DNA of 64,000 nt from a virus. Lineage: Duplodnaviria > Caudoviricetes. This document shows, piece by piece, positions 56,447 to 64,000 of the stretch. The translations under genes were made by a program, and so were the position numbers. The stretch spans positions 64,001-128,000 of IMG/VR virus record IMGVR_UViG_3300049573_000247; one strand, 5' to 3'. The first letter of the stretch is position 1. Each line of letters starts with the position of its first letter. The notes beneath the pieces are model-generated. The model did no database searches. It saw only the letters and a program-made list of their open reading frames with translations, and was not told the DNA's origin.

Positions 56447-58315
56447 ATGGTGAGATGTGGGTGTAACGCGGCCTCTGCCACCACATGTGACGCGATCGTG
56501 CTGTGCGTGGCGCAGAACCTGGGGCCCGGCTTGCGCTACGACACGGCTAGCGGCCTCATCGGCGTCCAGATCTCGGGGAATGCGGGGAACGCCACGATCA
56601 TCGGTACCGATGGCGGTGTCTATACCCCCGGAACTGGTGCATCTCCCGACCCGGCCTCCGGGCGCCGTACAGTCGCTGGTCTCGGCGAACAGATCATCTG
56701 CGCCCCTACGGGCGGTGGCGGCGGCATGGCGCCATTCTCCAGCCCATATGGCATGGAGTATGCCGTTGCCAACCGCATGGACATGATCTCCCTGCATACG
56801 TTCGCGTTGGCCGACGGCGTCGCCGTCAACCGCATCACTGGCCCCCGCGATGACATCGCCAGCCATACCGACAACCCATCCAGCATCGAGTGGGAGAACA
56901 TTTCAAGCCTCGCGTTGGAATCGCTTTTGGTCGATGCTGGATCGCGGGTCTCACCGACAGGGCGTGAATCCGGTGCCCCGGCGGCTCTGCTCAGCCCCGA
57001 CGGCGGCTGGTGGGGGTTCTATGCCAACAACTGGGTACCGCAGACCTTGGCCCAGGCACTGTGGCAGCTTGCTGCTCGCTCAGTCGCACATCTAGTGGCG
57101 TACGGCGCTGATGTCCAGTCAGCTGTCGACAGAAACATCACTGCCACGATCAACGCGGTGATCCAAACCGGTGCGCAGGCCTGGACCATCACGGGTGCTC
57201 CCGCCTACGTTCAGGACAGCGGCGGCGATGTCATCCGAGGAACACTCGCAGCCAACGTCGCTTCGATTACCGGCGCGGGCCTGGTGGCGCTCGCTGATTT
57301 GTTCGATGAGCAGGACCTCATCGGGACCGAAACTCCATTCACCGCCGCCGAGATCGTCGCAACCGGAGCTACGTGGGTGCGCGTTGTCTCTCCTCGCCGC
57401 AGTCAGGACGTCATCACCTCCGCGCGGATCACCGAGCTTGTTGATGCCGGACTCAATGTTCTGGTAGCTACGACCGGTCGCCACGCTGACACAACTGACA
57501 TGTTCGCCCTAGGGGTGCGCGGCATCGTGTCCGACTCGCCCGTGTACTCCCGTGGCGTCCGGGGCCAGACCGGTGACCTCGACTACCGCAAGGAAATTGT
57601 CATTCCCGGCCTGCAAAGCCGGGGGCCTATGGAAGGCGATCTGACCCTTCGCACCGATGACGGCCATGGCGTCGGCGATATCGGTTACGCACGTCAGGCT
57701 AGCGTCGGCCGCTACTTCCAGCCCGGTTTTGGTTGGACCGGAGGGATCGGCAACCACTTCATGTCGCAGCTTTTGGGCGAATTGTGCCCAATCCCGGTGG
57801 CCAGCGGTTACCGTCTGCGCATCCGGTTCCGTATCGCGCCCGAACAGGTCACCACGATCACCGGCACAATCCCGAAAATGGGCGTCTTCTTCGCTGCTCC
57901 GACCGATCTACCGATCGAATGGGCGACCGCCGATGGCGCACCGAGCTACCAGAACGGTTACTGGTTCACCGTCTCGGTGGGTTCAGGGAACGCCGGAGAC
58001 ATCGTGCTCGGAAAGGTGAACGACGGCGACTTCTCCGTCGTCGACGACTCGCTGTCGTTTCCGGCGGTCGACTACACCGCCTGGTTCAACTTCAACATCC
58101 ACGTCATCGATTCCGACACCATCTCTTTCGGCGCCGGTCATGACGGCGTCGAGGTAGGAACCACCATCACCGACGCCGACCACCGGGGACCGTATCTGTT
58201 CTACGGGTGGGAAGACGACTACACGCTCCCGGCAGCCACGTCGCAGCAGTTCGGACACGGATATGCACCGTACGAGCTGTTCGATGACGGCTCGCCGATG
58301 ATCGAGTTTGACTAG
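56447..58315 (+). CDS. Tail spike-like protein with degenerate GDPD-like barrel and lectin-like C-domain
   Basis: RCGC N-terminus; LADGV.V and LGVRGIVSDSP resemble GDPD motifs; GGAGAG RBS. Confidence 0.65.
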   Translation: MVRCGCNAASATTCDAIVLCVAQNLGPGLRYDTASGLIGVQISGNAGNATIIGTDGGVYTPGTGASPDPASGRRTVAGLGEQIICAPTGGGGGMAPFSSPYGMEYAVANRMDMISLHTFALADGVAVNRITGPRDDIASHTDNPSSIEWENISSLALESLLVDAGSRVSPTGRESGAPAALLSPDGGWWGFYANNWVPQTLAQALWQLAARSVAHLVAYGADVQSAVDRNITATINAVIQTGAQAWTITGAPAYVQDSGGDVIRGTLAANVASITGAGLVALADLFDEQDLIGTETPFTAAEIVATGATWVRVVSPRRSQDVITSARITELVDAGLNVLVATTGRHADTTDMFALGVRGIVSDSPVYSRGVRGQTGDLDYRKEIVIPGLQSRGPMEGDLTLRTDDGHGVGDIGYARQASVGRYFQPGFGWTGGIGNHFMSQLLGELCPIPVASGYRLRIRFRIAPEQVTTITGTIPKMGVFFAAPTDLPIEWATADGAPSYQNGYWFTVSVGSGNAGDIVLGKVNDGDFSVVDDSLSFPAVDYTAWFNFNIHVIDSDTISFGAGHDGVEVGTTITDADHRGPYLFYGWEDDYTLPAATSQQFGHGYAPYELFDDGSPMIEFD

Positions 58316-58324
58316 GGAGCATTC

Positions 58325-60148
58325 ATGGCACGGTGCGGATGCGCCTCAACGAACGCGACGACCTGCGCGGCAATCGTCGCCTGCATCGCCTCGAACTTGG
58401 GTCCTGGCCTGGAGTTCAGCAACAACCTCATCGGTGTACACATCTCCGGGGATGCGGACAACGTCACGGAAATCGGCACCGATAACGGCTTGTTCACGCC
58501 GACCGGAAGCGTTGGCCCAGGTGAACAGACGTGGCTTCGGACGGTAGCGACACTGCCTGCACAAGCGATCAGCGCTACAGGGGCTGGTATCGGCGTCGGG
58601 CCGTCCACGTCGCCGCACCTCATTGAGTACTGCATCAACAACGAGATCGACATGTACTCCACGACCGTCCTCATGGGCGCCGACGGTGTTGCTCTGGAAA
58701 CTGTGCAGGGCCCTGGAAGCTCGGTCACCGTCTTTACCGACAACCCGGGGCCGCTCGACTGGGGCGATGGGTCGGCACTGACTATGAGCACCATCAACTA
58801 CGACGCAGGTACCAGGGTAAATCCGACCAGCAACAACTCCAACGCCCCGGCGCAGTTTTTGACTCCGGACGGCGGATGGGCCGGATTCTACCTCAACCAG
58901 TACACCGGTCGTTCGGTCGCCGAGACGTTGCGGATGGTGCGTGGCCGAATCATCATCGATCTTCGCGTCTCCCGCAACGGTGTCACGGAAGACGAGATTG
59001 AGGCATCGATTCGGGCTTGTGTCCAGGCGGTAGTGGATGCGGGTGCGCAGGACTGGTGCATTGTCAACGTCCCCGGCTACCTCGATGATGACTCGCTTGC
59101 GCCCATCCTGGATTGGGTGCCGCTGGTGACCAGCCAAGGCATCACCGCAGCGGTGAATTTGATCGTAGAGTCGGAAGCACCGGTCATCCAGCCCGTTGCC
59201 GATATCGTTGCCTCGGGTGCAACATGGGTTGCTGCGGTCCGTGACGACCATATGCCGGACACCGTCAGCGATACTCGCATCACCGAGCTGGTCACGGCCG
59301 GTCTGCAAGTCATGGCCCGCACCACCTCCAGGCAATACTGGACCACCTATAACTTCACCACCCTCGGGGTTCGCGTCGTCGAAGGACCAGACCCGGTCTA
59401 CGCACGGGGAGTGCGTGGCGTCGCCGGTGACCTTGACTACCGGCAGACGTTCATCCCCGGTCTCGATACCCGCACGCCCATCAGTGGAGCGCTGACGAGG
59501 GTCACCGACATCGAACGGGGGGTGTGGAACGGCGGATTCCCGCGCCTGGACCTGCCGGGCCGGTGGTTCGAGAAACGGTACGGATGGGACGGCACCATCC
59601 TGGTCAACGAGGTGAACCAGATCCTGGGCACCATTTGCCCGATCCCCAACACCACCGACTACGAGATTCGGCTGCGTGTACGACGCGAAGCGGACGCCAC
59701 AATGACTTCCAACCAGGAAGTCAGCATCTTCTTCGCTATCCCCGACGACCGCGACATCTCCACGCCCACGGGCGAGAGCAACGTCTTCAAGGATGGCTAC
59801 TCGGCGCGGATCACATCGCAGAGCACCTCTTCGTCGTTTCGACAGATCTCAATACGACGCTGGACCAACGGCGGTTTCACGACGTTGGTGAGCGAGAGCA
59901 ACACGGTGGCGTTGCCGACGAACTCGTGGGCGGACCTGACCGTTCGCGTCCAGGGTTCCCAGCTGACGTTCATCGCGACAGTGGCGGGAACGACCCGGAC
60001 GTTGACGATCGCCGACAGCACTTGGCGAGGTCCCTATGTCGCCTACTCGTGGCGCGACGAGTTCAACACCGGAAATGCCGCTTACCCGGGTTTTATTCAC
60101 GGTTACACGAACCCGGTGGATTTGGTGATGTATGCACCGCTCTCTTAA
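58325..60148 (+). CDS. Paralogous tail spike-like protein
   Basis: Colinear similarity to 56447 (NLGPGL, PDGGW.GFY, RGVRG..GDLDYR, LG..CPIP). Confidence 0.7.
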   Translation: MARCGCASTNATTCAAIVACIASNLGPGLEFSNNLIGVHISGDADNVTEIGTDNGLFTPTGSVGPGEQTWLRTVATLPAQAISATGAGIGVGPSTSPHLIEYCINNEIDMYSTTVLMGADGVALETVQGPGSSVTVFTDNPGPLDWGDGSALTMSTINYDAGTRVNPTSNNSNAPAQFLTPDGGWAGFYLNQYTGRSVAETLRMVRGRIIIDLRVSRNGVTEDEIEASIRACVQAVVDAGAQDWCIVNVPGYLDDDSLAPILDWVPLVTSQGITAAVNLIVESEAPVIQPVADIVASGATWVAAVRDDHMPDTVSDTRITELVTAGLQVMARTTSRQYWTTYNFTTLGVRVVEGPDPVYARGVRGVAGDLDYRQTFIPGLDTRTPISGALTRVTDIERGVWNGGFPRLDLPGRWFEKRYGWDGTILVNEVNQILGTICPIPNTTDYEIRLRVRREADATMTSNQEVSIFFAIPDDRDISTPTGESNVFKDGYSARITSQSTSSSFRQISIRRWTNGGFTTLVSESNTVALPTNSWADLTVRVQGSQLTFIATVAGTTRTLTIADSTWRGPYVAYSWRDEFNTGNAAYPGFIHGYTNPVDLVMYAPLS

Positions 60149-60326
60149 AGCACCGGATGTCCTCGACCGCCGATGCGCGCGTTGCCGGAAGGATGTCGGG
60201 GATGCCAGCGAGTGGTGGTGCTCAGAAGAGTGCTTCAGCGAGTGGCAGCGCGAACAATGCACCTAGGTGCAAGGGGGAGGGGCTCGGCACCTGCCGTCGG
60301 GAGTAGTCGGCCGCCCAGCCCCTCGG

Positions 60327-60593
60327 TCACGCGAGGTCGTTGTGGATGATGCCGTATCGGGTGATTCCGAACTTCGTGCCTTCGATGGTGATGTTCTCGC
60401 CGATGTCAGCTCCAACCGCGTCGTAAAACTCAGCGGTGTCGCATTCGGTCAGCTCACCCGTCACATTGTTGTAGATACCAACCGATGACACGGTGTAGTT
60501 GGAGGGGATGACGACACCGCCACCGAGAGCGGCAGCGAGAAAGTCCCTGATGAAGCTCGCGCGGATCAGGGCCGGGGTGGTAGTCGGCATCAT
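60327..60593 (-). CDS. Hypothetical protein
   Basis: Protein-like C-terminal part of the track ORF from MMPTTT. Confidence 0.55.
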   Translation of the reverse strand: MMPTTTPALIRASFIRDFLAAALGGGVVIPSNYTVSSVGIYNNVTGELTECDTAEFYDAVGADIGENITIEGTKFGITRYGIIHNDLA

Positions 60594-60660
60594 GGCCCTA
60601 TTGTGACTGATGATCACAGTTGGCGCAATCCGCAATCGTGTCACATTTCCGCGTCGAGAA

Positions 60661-61200
60661 TCAACCCACCTGCGGGAGTCGATCGCGGCGCACGATCGCA
60701 TGCCGGGGCCACTCGTCGTCCTGGTCGTGCCACGTCCACAGGATGCCCTGGTAGTCGTTGCCAGCGAACCAGTTCCGGACCAGCGCCCACAGGCTCGTGG
60801 TAGGCACATACTCGAAGTCGGCACGCTCGGCAGCGCGAACGAGCCCATGACGGACGATAGTAGGGTGCTCCAGGCCATGAGGGTTCTTGGCGATCTTGGG
60901 GCCGATGAGTTCATAGTAGGCCGCGCGATCGGGCTCGAAACCCTCACCCATCGTGGCGAGATCATCAAGACTGCCCATCGCGGACCGCAGGGTCTTCGGC
61001 GCGTCATCGACCGGCTTCCAGACCTCCTTGGCCTCGGCGCTGGCAGGCCCGAACTCCCATCCGCGTTGCGGGGAGAAGCGGAGTGTGCGGCCGAGGTAGA
61101 GGGGGCTGGGTGTGCCGTGTCGACCGACCCAGTCGACGGCAACGTCCAAGGTATAGGTGCCCTCGGTGTCAGTGGCGAAAACGTCAGGCGCAGTAATCAT
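60661..61200 (-). CDS. Phage RNA-ligase-like protein, motif I degenerate
   Basis: YELIGPKI..NPHGL....IVRHG and QGILW. Confidence 0.55.
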   Translation of the reverse strand: MITAPDVFATDTEGTYTLDVAVDWVGRHGTPSPLYLGRTLRFSPQRGWEFGPASAEAKEVWKPVDDAPKTLRSAMGSLDDLATMGEGFEPDRAAYYELIGPKIAKNPHGLEHPTIVRHGLVRAAERADFEYVPTTSLWALVRNWFAGNDYQGILWTWHDQDDEWPRHAIVRRDRLPQVG

Positions 61201-61253
61201 GCCCTCACTATATCGCTTTGTCGCGTTTTCGCCGTGACGGTGCGGCACCGAAC

Positions 61254-61700
61254 CTATTGGGGAGGCAGTCCCGCACCGTCTCTTTCACCGTATATCGGTT
61301 CGCCGAGGAGGTGGGCATCGTGTGCGGTGATCGCTTCCATCTGCTCGGCCATGGAGGCGCGTGCGCCTTCGGAGATCCATCCGACCGTAGAGCACAGGTC
61401 GAACCAGGTGGTCATGAGCAGGCTCGGCGGCGGCGGTAGCGTGGCCGGATTGGTGCCGCGCATGTCTCTGAAAATGAAGGCGTTCATGGCGATGTAACCG
61501 GTCTCCAGGTGCGTGATCGTGAGGCGGCTGAATCCTTCGCGTGCTCGCCAGTCATAGGAGAACTCGTCGTTCTCGACATGGCTGCGGTGCAGGTGCGGGG
61601 GATAGTGGACGTGAATGTCGCTGAGGTACCACTTGAAGAACGCGATGGTCTTGGAGCGGATCTCGTCGGGAATCCGCAAGTGCTCGGCGGGATTGTCCAT
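61254..61700 (-). CDS. Hypothetical protein
   Basis: 148 aa ORF. Confidence 0.6.
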   Translation of the reverse strand: MDNPAEHLRIPDEIRSKTIAFFKWYLSDIHVHYPPHLHRSHVENDEFSYDWRAREGFSRLTITHLETGYIAMNAFIFRDMRGTNPATLPPPPSLLMTTWFDLCSTVGWISEGARASMAEQMEAITAHDAHLLGEPIYGERDGAGLPPQ

Positions 61701-61738
61701 CCGCGCATTCTATTACCGGTTTGCGTATATTCGTCGGA

Positions 61739-62098
61739 TTACCCGCCGTTGATGGCCGATTCGCGGGCCGTGCGGATCTGGTCGCGCATGCTCGTGAGCC
61801 GCTCGATTTCGGTGTTGAGGTCGACCAGGAGGTCGTCGAGGACAGCAGCGCGGTAGGTCAGCAGCCACACGGCGACGTCGCCGATGACGTAGTAGCGGGT
61901 AGGACCGGGGCCGGTGATGACCTCTTTGACCGGCGCCGGGAAGTGGGGGTGACGTCGAGCCCAGACGTTGACGGTGCTGGTGTCGCGGTGCGCCATCTTG
62001 GCGATTTCGGGAACCGAGACGAGTTCGTCCTCGCGTCCCCGGTAAGTCTCGTCGAGCCAGCGCGTTTCGTAGCTCTTGGAGGGACTGGGGCGGCGCAT
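61739..62098 (-). CDS. HTH DNA-binding protein (AlpA/MerR-like) with coiled coil
   Basis: LVSVPEIAKMA.....TVNVWARRH..FPAP; AAGGAG RBS. Confidence 0.75.
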   Translation of the reverse strand: MRRPSPSKSYETRWLDETYRGREDELVSVPEIAKMAHRDTSTVNVWARRHPHFPAPVKEVITGPGPTRYYVIGDVAVWLLTYRAAVLDDLLVDLNTEIERLTSMRDQIRTARESAINGG

Positions 62099-62111
62099 GG
62101 TGCTCCTTCGG

Positions 62112-63182
62112 TCATTCGATGCGGTAGTGCCCGGCGACGTGTGTCTGCGGGACGTCTTTTCCGAGTGATCGTAGTATTTTTGCCGATGCGGTGCCGTCGT
62201 CTTTGTCGTACCCCGGTCGGTACTTGAGGTGGTGGACGGCACCGTTGGCGTCGTAGGTTCCTTCTTCGAGGCCGAGGTGGCTGATGACGTCCATGACGTG
62301 GGCTTTGCCTCGTTTGGGTTTGTCGATGTTCGCGCGTAGGCGTAGGAACTCCATGAGGTCGTTCTCAGCGGTGCGCAGCTGTTTACCGAATTGTGCTCCG
62401 GCTTCGACCAGTTCGGTTGCCGCCTCGTCCCGGAGGGGGTCGGCGTTGTCTTTTCCCAGGCAGCCCGATTTGAATTCGCAGGAGATGCACGGGGAGTAGG
62501 GCGCGAACGCGTCGGAGGTGTGCTTGCCGAACCAGCGCGGGGCGACCTCGTCCCCGGCGAGGGACAGTCCGTGCTCGAAACGGGCGGTGGCCGCTTGGAC
62601 TTCGGCGTCGGTCCAGGCGCGGGTGGTCATCTCCCAGTTTCGTTCGGGGTCTTCGATGTCGATGTAGTAGATCCAGTAGCCGCGCATGGGAGCGCCGGTT
62701 TGGTGCTCAGTGATCAGGCCTCCAACGCGGCACTGGTCGAGGTGGGAGCGTTTGGGCTCGCCGCCTTGGGCGGCTTTCACGAGGTACTTCGCACCGGTTT
62801 TGAGTTCGACGATGGCGAAGGAGCCATCGGTGAAGAAGACGACCAGGTCGGGATGGGCGACCAATGGCCCGAGACTCGCTTCGGTGCTGTGGGCAGCGTC
62901 ATCGATGAGGACTTCCTCGACCTGCGGGTCGGCCGCCCACTGCTCGGCGAGCAGTGGCAGGTAGTAGTCGTGGATGGCCGTGCCGATCTGGGCGCGGAGG
63001 TTCAGGCGTACGGCGACTTCGTCGGTCGCCGAGGTACGCCGGTACCGCAGCTGGACTTGGCGGGGGCATTCGTGGAGCGCTGAGACGTGGATCTTGCCGT
63101 CGTTGAAGTGTTCGCGGTTGCGGCGCGAGGCGGTGCGCCACGCTTCCGTGGCGTGGCGCACCGCTTGTTCTCTGCTGATCAT
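62112..63182 (-). CDS. Cas4-like PD-(D/E)XK exonuclease
   Basis: S.L..CPRQ, GTAIH, HPD...IVELKT, Q, C..C.F...C. Confidence 0.88.
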   Translation of the reverse strand: MISREQAVRHATEAWRTASRRNREHFNDGKIHVSALHECPRQVQLRYRRTSATDEVAVRLNLRAQIGTAIHDYYLPLLAEQWAADPQVEEVLIDDAAHSTEASLGPLVAHPDLVVFFTDGSFAIVELKTGAKYLVKAAQGGEPKRSHLDQCRVGGLITEHQTGAPMRGYWIYYIDIEDPERNWEMTTRAWTDAEVQAATARFEHGLSLAGDEVAPRWFGKHTSDAFAPYSPCISCEFKSGCLGKDNADPLRDEAATELVEAGAQFGKQLRTAENDLMEFLRLRANIDKPKRGKAHVMDVISHLGLEEGTYDANGAVHHLKYRPGYDKDDGTASAKILRSLGKDVPQTHVAGHYRIE

Positions 63183-64000
63183 GCAGGGTCCTTGTACAGT
63201 TGGTCGTTACCGGTGATGCCCTCCATGGCGTTGAGTTCTTCGGTGCGGTTGTGAAGGTGACCGGCTACGTCGTCGAGGCGTTCGCAGGCGGTGGCGTGGG
63301 CTTTGAACTTCTCCACTTCGTCGCGTTCAGCGTCGAGGATCTTGTCGGCCGCGTCCATCCACTCGGGGATCGGCGAGTTGATGGTGAGCGCCTCCCACGC
63401 ATACTGCGTCTGCGGAGCAGCGGGAGCAGCCTGGGTGGGCGTGGTGGAGGAGCCGGTGGCGAGTTCGTTGATAGCGCCCTTCACGTTCTCCTTGACCTCT
63501 TCGGGCCACCAGGCGCCGTCGCGAACCCACTGCCACGCTTCACGCAGCACATGCCGGTCGGCGGTCTGCAGCTGCTTTAGGTAAGCGCTGGCTTCGGCGG
63601 CAACGGTGTTGTCGATGCCGTCGAGTTCGGCGAGCATGAGGTCGGCGATCTCAGGTCCCGGGTCGGCGAACACGGTGCCGGTGGGCATTGCGTACCTGAA
63701 GTCGACGGTGCCGTCGTCCTTGGGCCGCAGCTTGACCAGCGCGGTTTTTTCGACGATGGCGCGGTGGACGTCGGTTGCGCCTTTGCGCAGGTTGGTGTCG
63801 TGCGCTGTGGTTTCCTGCTTGAGCGCGCGTTCCATGCGGAAGATGAAGTCGGCCTCGTGGGTGATGCCCTTGCGGGCGTCGAGCTTGACGCCGACCGGTT
63901 CTTGCTTGACGAACTCGTTGGCCTGCTCGAAGCACATGATGATGTGCGCGTGCATTTTCAAGCGGTTGAGGTTGTTGTACAGGGCTTTCTCTTCGGCCTT
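63179..64000 (-). CDS. AAA/Sak4-like recombination ATPase, 5' truncated by window
   Basis: Frame open to the window edge; HIIMC...KLDARKGITHEADFIFRM; adjacent to Cas4-like nuclease. Confidence 0.6.
   Translation of the reverse strand, partial: KAEEKALYNNLNRLKMHAHIIMCFEQANEFVKQEPVGVKLDARKGITHEADFIFRMERALKQETTAHDTNLRKGATDVHRAIVEKTALVKLRPKDDGTVDFRYAMPTGTVFADPGPEIADLMLAELDGIDNTVAAEASAYLKQLQTADRHVLREAWQWVRDGAWWPEEVKENVKGAINELATGSSTTPTQAAPAAPQTQYAWEALTINSPIPEWMDAADKILDAERDEVEKFKAHATACERLDDVAGHLHNRTEELNAMEGITGNDQLYKDPA

Noticed and set aside
30592-58325. Genome-wide stop-codon readthrough or recoding (several consecutive genes are in frame across stops)
   Set aside because: In-frame neighbours occur one time in three by chance, the stops are mixed TAG/TAA, most downstream genes have an RBS, and no suppressor tRNA is present
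62112-63182. Cas4 as evidence of a CRISPR-Cas system
   Set aside because: No cas1/cas2 or array; stand-alone Cas4-like nucleases beside recombination ATPases are normal in phages

Overview
This is a 64 kb segment of a large, high-GC actinobacterial siphovirus-like element. It is probably a phage-plasmid, because it carries a ParA partition cassette and no integrase is visible in the window. Layout: (1) 1-14.2 kb, a co-oriented minus-strand array of about 30 small accessory genes (including an ArdA-like protein and a lipoprotein), punctuated by repeated promoter-like motifs and hairpins; (2) 14.2-16.9 kb, one orphan gene and a mostly non-coding, repeat-rich region with 8 TCCACA boxes and a sharp strand-composition switch at about 16.9 kb (candidate origin, or a genome-end junction); (3) 17-28 kb, a mixed module with a TerS-like gene, a reverse-oriented TerL, tRNA-Tyr, two DUF6879-like genes, a HIT protein, an XRE regulator and two candidate structured ncRNAs; (4) 28.4-60.1 kb, a plus-strand virion operon (portal, maturation protease with a probable -1 frameshift, capsid, major tail with PKD domains, an unusual array of FN3/PKD decoration proteins, fibre, head-tail connectors, chaperones, tape measure, minor tails, two GDPD-fold spikes), interrupted by an antisense tRNA-Met and a parA cassette; (5) 60-64 kb, minus-strand recombination genes (Cas4-like nuclease, partial AAA/Sak4-like ATPase). 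The most notable signals are a split Ig/PKD docking strand shared by two tail proteins, the frameshift cassette in the head protease, a structured RNA upstream of terL, and a late-gene motif. All family assignments come from motif recognition by eye; no database search or folding program was run.
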